From contig NC_069009.1 of NCBI RefSeq assembly GCF_001194135.2, positions 7,644,949 to 7,703,509 on the forward strand: a DNA stretch of 58,561 nucleotides, read 5' to 3'. The position numbers and the translations under genes were made by a program. The DNA comes from Octopus bimaculoides. Its lineage: Eukaryota. This document shows positions 1-11,864 of the stretch, one piece after another. The number at the start of each line of letters is the position of its first letter. Position 1 is the stretch's first letter. The notes beneath the pieces are model-generated. The model was not told the origin of the DNA. It saw only the letters and a list, made by a program, of their open reading frames with translations, and ran no database searches.

Positions 1-1745
1 CTATTGTTTTTTCGGTGTGCATCCCTCCTAGTAAGGGGTGTTGGCCTAGGGTTGGATTTATTCCTATTGTTTAGAGGGTTGTTGATTTGTTTGTTCGTGG
101 TGTTTGTAGCTGTATAGAATGCGTCTAATTTCTTATTATTAAAAGATGCTATTATGGTAGCTAAGTTACATGTTAGGATGTGGCCTATTCTTATTTTGTT
201 CTTAAATATTTCTGCGTATTTATTGTTCACATTGAGGTGTTTATCTATTATGTTCACTAGTGAGCGGACTATGTTGGTTTTGAGGCCCATGTTATAGGGA
301 ATGATTAGCCAGGTCGTATCCTTATTGTTTTTGCTGCTATTACGGCCATATCTGGTATAGAAGCTACCATCATAACTGGGGAGGCTGGTGAATTTTTCTC
401 TTTGGATGTCTAATTTATTTGTATATTTGGGTTTATTTTTAATATGTGTCTTTTCATTATTTTCCCTGCTAGTATTGTTAGGTTTTAGTGGGCCCGATCT
501 ATGGTTCCTTTTAGTCTTCTGGGTTTCCCTGTAATTTAAGCTAAACTTATCGTTGTATTGCTTAATGTTGGTTCTGTTCAGGTGGTTATTGCATTTCTGC
601 TTCGTCTCGTTGTTAGCCTTAATCGTCCTTCTAATATTATTGGTATTTGTGTTTTTATATTGTTGTTGGTATTTTTGGTGTTATGTGGTTTGGTATTGGG
701 CCGTGTTGTATTTCTATTACATGTGTTATGCCTATCTTTGTCATTCATATCGTTAGTGTGGTTTCCATCGGTGTTGGGTGCGTCAGTAGTGTGCGTGTTT
801 CTAGCGTTTGGGTTCCTTATAGTTGGGTCTTTTTTATGGTTATTGGAATCGATGAATTTAATTTTATGGTTAAATCCTGCCTTATGTAGTGCGATATTGT
901 AGGTTTCCTTATGCTTATTAAAGATAGCTTGGTTAGAGGAGAGGCGTGATATCCTATTGCTTATACTATGTGATAAGCCTCTCTTGAGGAATAGTGGGTG
1001 GTTACTGGATGCGTTTATGTATTTTAGGTTAGTATTAGGCTTTATGTATGGTTCATGTAGTCCTGTGGCTAGGTTGCAATTGGCGTCTAGGTAGTTTATG
1101 GATGTGTGTTCGTTTTCTATAGAAATGGCTAGTCCAAATCTTTTGAAGAATTTATGCAAGTTTTTCTTGATGAGCTCTACTTTCCTATTCGAGGGATTTT
1201 TAATTACAAATAGTGCATCATCCCTGNNNNNNNNNNNNNNNNNNNNNNNNNNNNNNNNNNNNNNNNNNNNNNNNNNNNNNNNNNNNNNNNNNNNNNNNNN
1301 NNNNNNNNNNNNNNNNNNNNNNNNNNNNNNNNNNNNNNNNNNNNNNNNNNNNNNNNNNNNNNNNNNNNNNNNNNNNNNNNNNNNNNGTGATATCGAAGGA
1401 GTTAGGGGAGTCTTTACGGACCCAGAGCTTGTTATCGAACCTTATAATAGATTTTCTAGCTTCGAGTATTACATTAATTTCTTTCTTAGTTAGCTGTGAA
1501 TTATTTTTGGCATATATTAGGGCACTATTTAATATCGTGGGGTTAATTGAGGAGTAGTAGTCTACTATATCTATCTGTATGAATTTGTAGTTACTAGTAT
1601 TTTGTATTTTGGAGAACCAGTTAAGGGCTTCATATGTGTTAGACCATAATTCAAGGGATAGTCTACTTTTTAACGTAGGGATGTACTTATCAAGTATTAG
1701 TTTACTTAATTTGCATAGGTCTGATCTATTAGGGCATATTAATCT
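1..1745 (-). mobile_element. Penelope-like element (PLE) remnant: RT, linker and start of GIY-YIG region, interrupted by an N gap
   Basis: Minus-strand translation gives SDLCKLSKLILDKY..LELWSNT..FIQIDIVDYYSSI..ARKSIIRFDNKLWVRKDSPNSFDIT, then RDDAL (YRDD-type motif at ~1210-1225), and ORF 578-1159 with YLDANCNLATGLHEPYIKPN..SSNHP..RISRLSSN (PLE RT thumb). Confidence 0.88.
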
Positions 1746-1929
1746 AACTTTATATATTCGAAGACAACTTTATACACATGACTTTTGAAAACAATATGCT
1801 TTGTGATAGCTGTTCCGTATGAGTTGCACAGATGCTCCTAGTTACTCTCAGAATCGTAAAAACATCTAGTGAACCAGTGAAAGATTCTGTTGGAAACAAA
1901 CAACGCTCTTCTTTCATCTGTAACCATCC

Positions 1930-2300
1930 CATCTTTTATTCAGGCATTGTATATCTAGGATGACATTATCTAATGCACAGTATAGTAAATTGATATTAGT
2001 GATTACAGTTATTGCAGATGTTTAATCCACGTTCGGTTCTGATCCAGCAGACCTTTGATCCAAGACATTCCAGTTAGGATCGTGCCGTATTTTATTCAGT
2101 CACAAAGTATCTAGGACTACATTATCTAAGGTATTCTTACTAAGACGGTAAGGTGGTACTAGAGCGAAATTTAGGCGCACTTTGTTGACTTGCGTTGTCA
2201 GTAGTGTGAGGGAATAGTTAAGACTTCTCTTTGTAATGGCTGCTTCTGTGAGTGAGCCTCGTTCTCGTCATACACTGCGCTATCGTTTGAATTGGATTAT
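1930..2300 (-). repeat. Degenerate dispersed repeat (SINE-like), related to the segment at ~23830-24130
   Basis: taagacggtaaggtggtactagagcgaaattt is a loose reverse complement of the aaatcatcctcaaatgacaatctagtgtcgtaa segment near 24020-24050. Confidence 0.35.
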
Positions 2301-2342
2301 GATGAAGATAAAGGATAGAGTACTCATTACCTTACTTTATGC

Positions 2343-2475
2343 ATCAGAGTAGTGGTTTTGTGGTTGTGGTGGTGGTTGTGGGTGCGGTGGTAGTGGTTGT
2401 GGTGATTGTGGTGGTGGCTGTAGTGGTTGTGGTTGTGTTATTTGTAGTGTGGGAGTAATGATGGTGGTGGTGAGG
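2343..2475. repeat. Compound (GTG/GTT/GTA)n trinucleotide repeat
   Basis: Directly visible. Confidence 0.9.
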
Positions 2476-3639
2476 GGGATGAAGCTTGATCACTGTTTTG
2501 GGGTGGTTCAATATTCTTGTGTATGCATTTGTGTGCATAGACAGACAGACAGTTAGACAGACAGACAGTCAGACAGACAGTCAGACAGACAGATAGATAG
2601 AATGTTTAATAGACAAATTGATATAGATATACATATACACAGATTTCTCAAAGCTAAATAGACACCCCCCTCATTAAATCATTTTACCTGTGCGAACACT
2701 ACTCATCTGTGTGAAGCACAAACGGGTTAAATCATTACAAACTATACAAAAAGTATGTCTACTAAATCACTAGAGTAAGTATTCAAATGCACCAAATGAT
2801 ATTTTATTTCTAGAAAAAAAAAACTTTCAAAAATTGTGTTTATTTACTGAGATGTGTGTGTGTAATAATAATAATAATAATAATAATAACAATAATAATA
2901 ATAATAATAACAACAACAACAACGACAGCAACAATAACTGTAGAATGGAATTTATAAATATGTAATACATCGCTACGCGCGTTTCCACAAATCACATGAT
3001 TTTAACATCCGAGTCGGTATCATTGCGATTAGTACAGTACAGTCCGTATTATCCATGGGCATCTGGTTGATCATCATCATTGATTCATTTCATCAGGCGA
3101 TACTGCATTATTGGATGAATCACAGAGGGATGTTTATCCCTACTTGCCAGTATGAAGGTCAATCTAGCTATGTAGACATAGGAGGATGGAGGTGATGGGA
3201 GTAGAAGAAGGAATGGTAGTAATATGAAGATGGAGATTATGTGGTGGTGTTGGATTTATTTGCTATTCATTCAGCAGATTTAAGGATGATAGCACATTTC
3301 TTTCTTCTATTTCATCCAAGAGGTGACTCAGAGGTGTTCAGCTGCTATACAGTGCGGTTTGTTGACTAAATTGATTAATACCACTCCTCTTATGATGACT
3401 TTTATACGGTTTCTGTTGTAACAGTGTGTATCATCTTAAACATTTGTATTTTCGTTTATTTGTTTGGGTTCCTTCACTGTTCTATAATTTGTTACTCCTT
3501 TTGCTACTCTATCCTACATTATATCGGTATAACCATGATGCAACCCCGAAAAACTGACTTACTAGTCAGTATCATTAGACGGTAGCCTGCATAATGAAAT
3601 AGAAGCTTTATCTGAATACCTCTAACGAATTTAAAAGAT

Positions 3640-3968
3640 GTGTATAAATATATGAAAAGAGTTTTCTTCACAACTGTCCGACGAACGGGAACGTAAAACA
3701 CTGAGTAATAGTTCTGTGATCATTTTTCAACTTTAAATGAGAATAAAGTATATATCCACTGCCTTTCACATTATTAACGACGTAACATCTTTTTTTATTT
3801 TGTTTTTGGATTTGGTTTGCAAGATTCTTTATGTGAGTTCGTGTGTTGAAACATATTCTGTTGTGTCTGGGGAGAGTCATTCTCTTTTGGTGTCTTATAA
3901 TTTAACACACTCACCACTAAAATTATAAGGCACCAAAAGAGAATGACTCTCCCCAAACACAACAGAAT
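3640..3968. repeat. Dispersed repeat with a hammerhead-like motif and a terminal 49-bp foldback
   Basis: 3795-3890 recurs nearly identically at ~25985-26078; 3855-3903 is the inverted copy of 3920-3968. Confidence 0.75.
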
Positions 3969-4379
3969 CTTTTTTTTTTTTTTCATTTCAAACCTAATCG
4001 TTGAACTTTAACGACATTTTCACACAATGGTAACATCAGTTATATGTGTGTGGTGAGCAATTCTATAAAACAGAACGTGAGCTTCTTTAAAACAGCACAG
4101 AAACTATGGCCATTTACCAAATTTACGTAAACTTTCATAGTTTCAAAATATTAGCAAGGTGTAATTAAAACTCATGTAAACAATAAAATACCAATTTAAT
4201 TGTTTGATGTACATACTGAAATGAACACATACAGTCATAAACATGGAAGAAATAGAAATAAACAAATAAACAGAGTGCAAAATTGATTGGTGAGGTGGTT
4301 AGTAAGGGATATATGAACGTTTGTTTGCAATAATTTGGAAAAGGGGCTGGTCCATGGAACATGCTAATTTCTGGATCCC

Positions 4380-5430
4380 CTCTGATGTTATACCACGAGA
4401 CACATCCCCTATTGCCTGCCACAGTTCATCCTTGCTCCTAAATTGGCGTTCATTCGTAAACTCGTCGCTTTAGAATACACCAAATCGGAGAAACAGGCAG
4501 GACGCTTTATCGTTCGAGGTCCACATAAGCCTAATTGTTGCAGATACTCTGTAGTTTTCTTCACTGATGCGAGGGCGCGTTACCTTGCATGAATATTATG
4601 GCTGTCTTGAAGGTAATCCTTTGCTTTTTTAACCAAGGTTCAAGGTTCTCCTTCAGAAAGGCTATTTTAATACCGTCCGGCACTTTCTAAGGACCAACCA
4701 TAATACTTCCAATAATATCTGCCCAAATCATGATGCCTCCTCCCCCTTGTGGCGTCTCAAGCGTTGATGACAATTTCGTCCATTTACCATTCATCTCTTG
4801 CTCCAACCATCAGGTCCATCAAAGGTAGCCCATTTCAGACGATTTCGTATGTGTATTTTGTATAAAAGAGATCCTTTTAACTGATGTCACTGGTTTACAG
4901 ATCTTTTTCAGAAGATGACATCGGGTAGTTCTGGACACAATAATTTCGGCACTGCGCTTGAAAAATTCTCCACTTGTAAGATCTGGGTTCTTTACAACTT
5001 CACGCTTAATTCGTGACAGAAAACATTGAGAAGCAGCCATCGACTGACCTTATCAGCTCTCTTACGTACCTTATTAGGAGCTGTAACAATTTTTTTTCGC
5101 AGTTTGGTGATATCTTCCAGTTATTTTAGATATTTCTAATGTTGATTTATCTTTTGCAAGTTTATAAGTAATAACAGATTTCTCTGAAGCAGTTAAGTCT
5201 CAATTACGACCCATAATTATACGATTATCAGGCCACTCGTTAATAATTTGGAATACTGAAAGTTCGTGGAAATCATGCAAATGGTTGCGGTTTGTTTACA
5301 CTTGGGCAAAACCTCACGTTTTTTACACACCAAGCGCATATAACTGTTGCGATCATTCTGTGGAAATTTCGTTGAGTAATTTTTAAATAATATAAGAAAA
5401 AATGTGACGTCATTAATTTGAAATATAGTG
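4380..5430 (-). mobile_element. Tc1-like DNA transposon remnant (pseudogenised transposase)
   Basis: ATG at 5214: MGRN*DLTASEKSVITYKLAKDKSTLEISK.. (HTH), ..FDGPDGW..RLRR..GGGIMIWADIIG.., IFMQGNAPSH, ..WCILKRRVY..; TIR-like end at 5404-5430 followed by TA. Confidence 0.75.
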
Positions 5431-5470
5431 TATATAGGCACATATATGCATGCACGCACGCACACACAAA

Positions 5471-5627
5471 GTGCAAGCATGGCTGTGTGGTTTAGAAGTT
5501 TGCTTTCCAACCATGTGGTTCCGGGTTCAGTCCCACTGCGCTATAGGCAAAAGTCATTTACTATAGCACTATGCGAACCACGGCCTTGTGCATCAGTTTG
5601 GTAGACGGAAACTGAATAGAGGTCCGT
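5471..5627 (+). mobile_element. tRNA-derived SINE family A, 5' half
   Basis: A-box-like tggctgtgtgg, B-box-like ggttcagtccc, shared core ..ttggtagacggaaactgaa.. Confidence 0.85.
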
Positions 5628-5689
5628 CTCACACACACACACACACACACATATGTAGGTATATGCATGTATATATATAATTCGATAGT

Positions 5690-5908
5690 CTGACTATTGG
5701 CTCTTTCCAGGACTTTGTTGCTGGTCACGTAGTTTTCTCATTTGATGCACAAGATTGAACGAAGCTTTTGTTGGTGAAAGCGTTCTAATTTTTTGATATT
5801 TTGCAGCCGTAAAGCAAGATTAAAATGACAACAGTATGAGAGACCATAATTTTCGTTAACTTAAGATCTTGTTGAAAACGCATTTCATTAGCTTTCCAAA
5901 CGCCCCAC
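5690..5908 (-). mobile_element. RTE-type LINE RT C-terminal fragment
   Basis: [34 protein letters not shown] resembles the RTE 'TK..VY..VV...LLYGCETW' motif. Confidence 0.5.
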
Positions 5909-5909
5909 G

Positions 5910-5937
5910 TGTGTGCGTGCGTGTGTATGTGTGTGCG

Positions 5938-6028
<91 letters not shown>
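5910..6028. repeat. (TG)n microsatellite
   Basis: Directly visible. Confidence 0.95.
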
Positions 6029-6029
<1 letters not shown>

Positions 6030-6030
<1 letters not shown>

Positions 6031-6405
6031 CGCAGGCGTGGCTATGGGGAAAAAGCTAGCTTCTTGACCACATGGTTTCGGGTTCAGTCCCATTGCCTGC
6101 CATCTTGGGCAAGTGTCTACAACTATAGTCTCGGGCCGACCAAAGCTTTGTGAGTGGATTTAGTAGACGGAAACTGAAAGAAGCCCGCCGTGCGTGTGTG
6201 TGTATGTGTGTGTGTTTGTGTCTGTGCATATCCCCTAACATCGCTTGACAACCTGTGTTCGTGTGTTTACATTCCCGTAAACTAGCGGTTCGACAAACGA
6301 GACAGATGGAATAAGCAGCAGGCTTCAAAAAATAGCTACAGGGGTTAATTCAATCGATTAAAAATTCTTCAAGGTGGTATCGTAGCATTGAAACAAGTGG
6401 AAGAA
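6030..6405 (+). mobile_element. SINE family A, near full length
   Basis: Head, core, internal (TG)n linker and tail ..gaaacaagt. Confidence 0.88.
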
Positions 6406-7499
6406 AGAAAGACAGAAAGAAAAGAAAAGACAGACAGACCGACAGATAGATAGATAGATGCATCGGTATATATTGTGTATATCTGTAGGTATGCTTTAAA
6501 TGTATGTCTTTATATGTGTGCGCGTATGAGTATATATATAGATATTTATTTATTTATATACATACACATTCATTTAAATATATACATTCATGCAGAACAT
6601 TAATAGAAATAAGTAGTTATATGTATGTGTGTGTGTGTGGGGGGGGGGGAGTGCATTGTGAGTGTTTGTGCGTGTCTATGTAAATGTGTGTGTATTTGTA
6701 TGTGTGTTTGTGTGTATGTGTATGTGTGATTCGGTGCTATCCAATCATTTTAAAGTAAATACTTAGATGTATGGCAACGAGGAGGTGACTCGGTGCATTT
6801 TACAGTCTACTGTACTTCTGTCTTGCAGGGTGTATACACATACACACGTACACATGTACACGCTAGCATCCATATCTATCTATCTATCTATCTATATGAG
6901 TGTGTGTACACATATATGCACACACACACACACACACACACATGGTAATTGTTCAGTTTGGTTAGATTAAAGAAGTAAATGGTCGTAAAAGAAGCAAAGA
7001 GACGAATCAGTCTTAGACGAATCAATTAGGAAAAGCTAGAGACAACATTCTTCAGTAGTTGGCATGGCGTCGACTGATCATGAATATATACACCTGTGAA
7101 AATTGTAATTCACCATGTAACCTTACTATACGTGGTGACGTTATTGCTGGAAAATTATGACACTACAAGCATTGTAAAAGGAGCAAATCTGTTCGTTACT
7201 CTCTTTTACTTGAAGGACGAAATACCGCAAAACAATCTTCTACTTGTTTCAGTCATCTGACTGCGGCCATGCTGGAGCACAACCTTGAAGGGTTTCAGTC
7301 GAACAAACCAACACCAGGGCTTATTTTTAAGCCTAGTATTTACACACACACACACACATATATACGACGGGTTTTAGACACAAAGACATAGATACGCACA
7401 CACACACACACACATATTAAAATTATCACCTCTTCCAAGGAAGGCAAAACAATCACTTGGTGTTCGTGGTACCAACTCCAAATTAGACTTCGGTCTATC

Positions 7500-7738
7500 C
7501 TGCACCCCAGGTCTTATAAGACCGGATTTTAATTCGGTGGCTGAGACTACAGTACTTCTCCAATCTGAATCGAACGCTGGTCCATTATCGATTAACTTCC
7601 CAGCCACGGTTGGAACTCATTTACACCTGAGTGGACTAGAGCAGCATGAAATGAGGTGTTTCCTTCTCCCGGTTTCGGAATCGAAACCACGATCTGTCGA
7701 TCGTGAGTGCAGCACCATAACCGCTAGGTCACGCACAT
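7500..7738 (-). mobile_element. tRNA-derived SINE family B
   Basis: Minus-strand head gtgcgtgacctagcggtt..gtttcgattcc; body ctagtccactcaggtgtaaatgagt resembles 44975-45140. Confidence 0.65.
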
Positions 7739-7790
7739 TTCAATGATATGGTAACATAATCTTGCGAATCAAGAATTTTCAGATACTGAT

Positions 7791-7948
7791 GTGTGTGGCT
7801 GTGTGGTAAGAAAGCTTGCTTCCCAATTATATGGTTCCGGTTTCGGTCCCACTGCGTGACACCTGGGGCAAGTGTCTTCTACTATAGCTTCGGGTCGACA
7901 AAAACCTTGTGAGTGGATTTGGTAGACGGAAACTGAAAGAAGCCTGTC
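7791..7948 (+). mobile_element. SINE family A, 5' half, ending where a MITE begins
   Basis: Same head and core as the other copies. Confidence 0.85.
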
Positions 7949-7970
7949 ATATGTGTGTGTGTGTGTGTGA

Positions 7971-8303
7971 GTAACGAAGAGGTGCAGTGTCAGTCCATTA
8001 CGGCCGTTTCCAACGATTTCTTTAATTGGTTAATGAAAACATTACATCATTGTAAAGAGACCGTTTTTGTCAGATGAATTCATGCGCTTTAAACATAAAG
8101 GACAACTCAACTTATTTCACATAGTTACAAATTCGCGGAGCAAAAATATTAACATTGTTTCTGCTACTATTCCTTTATGTATGAAGCTCATGAATTCATC
8201 TGACGAAAACGGTATCGTTACAATGATGTAATGTTTTCATTAATCAGTTAATGGAATCGTTGGGAAAGGTCGTAATGGACTGACACCTGTACCTCTTTGT
8301 TAC
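7971..8303. mobile_element. MITE/foldback element with ~130-bp imperfect terminal inverted repeats
   Basis: 7971-8102 is the reverse complement of 8171-8303 (e.g. accgtttttgtcagatgaattcatg / catgaattcatctgacgaaaacggt). Confidence 0.85.
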
Positions 8304-8587
8304 ACATTTATATTTTATTCACCTATCCTGGAATATGCGCTTCATAAATATTATTGACTGTATTTCTAATACAAAGTACATGTCTGAATAGCTAAGTGCG
8401 GATTTCTTCACTCAGCTGGGTCTTATTATCTGCATACACTACAAGAATATCATGTGGTCGGCACTTATGCACCAAGTCTCTTATTCACTTAATTTTGTCG
8501 GCTGAGCATGTTATTCCGGCCTAACGAGGTGCCTCAGTTTAAGTACCTGATTCAACTGCATCTTAATTATATTATATATATACTGAA

Positions 8588-8740
8588 AAGGCTGTGTGAT
8601 AAGTAGCTTGTTTACAAACCACATGGTTCCGGGTTCAGTCCCACTGCGTGACACCTTGGGTAAGTGTCTTCTACTATAGCCTCGGGCCGACCAAAGCCTT
8701 GTGAGTGGATTTGGTAGACGGAAACTGATAGAAACCCGTC
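8588..8740 (+). mobile_element. SINE family A, 5' half up to an N gap
   Basis: Near-consensus head and core. Confidence 0.88.
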
Positions 8741-9235
8741 NNNNNNNNNNNNNNNNNNNNNNNNNNNNNNNNNNNNNNNNNNNNNNNNNNNNNNNNNNNN
8801 NNNNNNNNNNNNNNNNNNNNNNNNNNNNNNNNNNNNNNNNNNNNNNNNNNNNNNNNNNNNNNNNNNNNNNNNNNNNNNNNNNNNNNNNNNNNNNNNNNNN
8901 NNNNNNNNNNNNNNNNNNNNNNNNNNNNNNNNNNNNNNNNNNNNNNNNNNNNNNNNNNNNNNNNNNNNNNNNNNNNNNNNNNNNNNNNNNNNNNNNNNNN
9001 NNNNNNNNNNNNNNNNNNNNNNNNNNNNNNNNNNNNNNNNNNNNNNNNNNNNNNNNNNNNNNNNNNNNNNNNNNNNNNNNNNNNNNNNNNNNNNNNNNNN
9101 NNNNNNNNNNNNNNNNNNNNNNNNNNNNNNNNNNNNNNNNNNNNNNNNNNNNNNNNNNNNNNNNNNNNNNNNNNNNNNNNNNNNNNNNNNNNNNNNNNNN
9201 NNNNNNNNNNNNNNNNNNNNNNNNNNNNNNNNNNN

Positions 9236-9775
9236 GTCACTTTTCATGGACCAAAATGACTGAATGGATCCTTATGATATTTGGAGCTTAGATTCAATGC
9301 CTAAGGACGGGTATAATGCAGTATGCTTGGTTTGAATTTGAGGAGGCTTAAAGGGGGTAGAAACCCCCATGAAAATTCATAAATTTCCGACGTTGATGAA
9401 ATTTCAACCATAGGTAATTGATACAAATCAAGAAGTATTCCCAAAGAAAGACCCCTAATGGTGGTCTTAACTCTCAAATTTTGGTCATTTTTTTATGATC
9501 CAAAACGAGGTCAAAAGTACTGAATGGATCTTTATGAGATTTGGAAATTATATTCTATGCATAAGGGTGGATGTAATGTAGTATATCGTTGAAAGTGAGG
9601 GTGCATAAATGAGGTCATAACCTCCATGAAAATTCATACATTCTTGTTGTTGATGAAATTTTAACCATAGATGTTAGACACAAATGAAGTAATATTCCTA
9701 AAATTTCAACTTCTTAGGAGATTAGTAAGACCCCTTAATGGGGGCTTAACCCCAACAATTTAGTCATTTTCTCCT
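9236..9775 (+). repeat. Diverged tandem dimer of a ~260-280 bp unit
   Basis: ctgaatggatc, ccatgaaaattcata, gttgatgaaattt.aaccatag and gacccc.taatgg each occur twice, ~260-280 bp apart. Confidence 0.75.
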
Positions 9776-10933
9776 AAGCCAAGACGAATACAATTGTAGT
9801 CTTGGAAGTTGTAGGTTCACCTGACCATAAAAGATGAGCGTTATTTGTAATTTAATGGTACAACAGTGTAAGTGTTTGCTTGGAGATATACTTAGATTGT
9901 GATTTCTGCAATGTGGTGCATAAATCGTCAAGTAAAGGAGAGGCATCTTTGCCTCCATTGATTCAGTTGCAAAGTGTTATTTTGAGTAAAGTTATTTGGT
10001 TGCAGACCTTCTTTGAGTCTTTTTATTATCACTGGGTTACAGATAATCCCCAGATGATAACATTGATTTCAAGGCCTTTACAGATAAGTGATTGGTCATT
10101 CAAAGAGATTTATAGATTGCAAATTTATTCTGTTCAGTTACCTATCGGCAAAGTGATCATTGGCAAACTCCAGAGGTGGCACTTTCATTTCCCCTTATCC
10201 CTCATGTCACACATTTGTTAATGTTTATTTGAGTTGGGTCATGTCCTTCCAATTGCTATAGATCTGTAATGTATCTTACCACTGTGCCTGTCACCTGNNN
10301 NNNNNNNNNNNNNNNNNNNNNNNNNNNNNNNNNNNNNNNNNNNNNNNNNNNNNNNNNNNNNNNNNNNNNNNNNNNNNNNNNNNNNNNNNNNNNNNNNNNN
10401 NNNNNNNNNNNNNNNNNNNNNNNNNNNNNNNNNNNNNNNNNNNNNNNNNNNNNNNNNNNNNNNNNNNNNNNNNNNNNNNNNNNNNNNNNNNNNNNNNNNN
10501 NNNNNNNNNNNNNNNNNNNNNNNNNNNNNNNNNNNNNNNNNNNNNNNNNNNNNNNNNNNNNNNNNNNNNNNNNNNNNNNNNNNNNNNNNNNNNNNNNNNN
10601 NNNNNNNNNNNNNNNNNNNNNNNNNNNNNNNNNNNNNNNNNNNNNNNNNNNNNNNNNNNNNNNNNNNNNNNNNNNNNNNNNNNNNNNNNNNNNNNNNNNN
10701 NNNNNNNNNNNNNNNNNNNNNNNNNNNNNNNNNNNNNNNNNNNNNNNNNNNNNNNNNNNNNNNNNNNNNNNNNNNNNNNNNNNNNNNNNNNNNNNNNNNN
10801 NNNNNNNNNNNNNNNNNNNNNNNNNNNNNNNNNNNNNNNNNNNNNNNNNNNNNNNNNNNNNNNNNNNNNNNNNNNNNNNNNNNNNAGAGAGAGAGAGTGG
10901 GAGAGAATGAGAGAGAGAGATAAACAGACAGAC

Positions 10934-10964
<31 letters not shown>

Positions 10965-11059
10965 CAGATAGATAGATAGTCAATTATAATAAACGAGTAA
11001 GATTAACGGACAACAAGAGGACGTGCACAAAAAATGTACTAGCTTGAAGCTCGGTGAAA

Positions 11060-11110
11060 AGAGATAGTTTGATGTTTCGAGCATAGCTCTTCGTCTGAAA
11101 GGACAAAGGA
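11060..11110 (-). ncRNA. Degenerate minimal hammerhead-ribozyme-like motif
   Basis: Minus strand cctttCAGACGA-A-GAGC tat GCTC-GAAA-CATC; second copy at 20175-20210. Confidence 0.5.
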
Positions 11111-11159
11111 AAACGTCCAGAGTAAAAGAAATCACCAATAGCACGTGTGTAGTTATTGA

Positions 11160-11390
11160 ATATATATATTTATGTGTCTGTGTACCCCAATCCCCACCAT
11201 TGCTTGACAATCGACGCTGGTGTGTTTATATCCCCGTAACTTAGCGGCTCGGCAAGAAATACCGATAGAATTGGTATTAGGCTTGTAAAGAATAAGTCCT
11301 GGGGTCGACTGCTTCGATTAAAAGCCGTTAAGCTGCTCCAGCATGGCTGAAGTCAAATGACTGAAACAAGTAAGAGAATAAAAGAATGCC
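11160..11390 (+). mobile_element. SINE family A, 3' half
   Basis: ccccgtaacttagcggctcggcaag..aataagtcctggggtcga..tgactgaaacaagtaa. Confidence 0.85.
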
Positions 11391-11399
11391 ATTAAGGAA

Positions 11400-11660
11400 T
11401 AGAATTCTTATTTTTTGAAGGCAAGGAGACATTCGTAGGCACGTATTTCTACGTTCTTAGGCGTCATCAGTACAGCTATTGGTCTTATTTATCTTTTTAG
11501 TGAGAGATGTACAGTTAGGTTTAAACGTGAATGATATCGATTTGGAGTAGTGCTACAGCTGTGTCTGCTGGACAGACGTAGGACCTTGTGAATGCTCGAA
11601 GTATGCTTCAGTATTATTCTGTCTCCTCGTCTTTTTTTAGGTGTGTTGCAAATGTTGAAG
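11400..11660 (-). mobile_element. Probable PLE 3' end with a hammerhead-like motif
   Basis: Weak GIY-YIG-terminal-like peptide (..FTFKPN..) followed by gctgta-CTGATGA-cgcctaagaacgta-GAAA-tacgtg. Confidence 0.4.
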
Positions 11661-11864
11661 AGGTATTATTTTTTCTTTCATTTGTTTCAGTCACTGGACT
11701 GTGGCCATGCTGGGGCACTGCCTTGAAGGGTTGAATCCAGTGTTTACTTTTTATTCTTTTACTTGTTTCAGTCATGCTGGAGCACCACCTTAAGGGATTT
11801 TAGTGGAACAAGTTGACCCCAGGACTTATTCTCTCTAAGCCTACGGCAAGCTTCCAGAGAAGTC

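Noticed and set aside
1758-1769. 12-mer tcgaagacaact shared with the 36.16-kb hairpin
   Set aside because: Isolated 12-mer matches are expected by chance in 58 kb
9790-10260. Possible PLE RT N-terminal remnant on the minus strand
   Set aside because: Only vague motif resemblance with many stops
8612-11000. Long ORFs made mostly of X (also at 18.7-19.1, 26.0-27.6, 35.4-36.2 and 42.4-42.9 kb)
   Set aside because: They only read through N gaps, most of which sit in SINE-internal or (TA)n microsatellites; they carry no coding information
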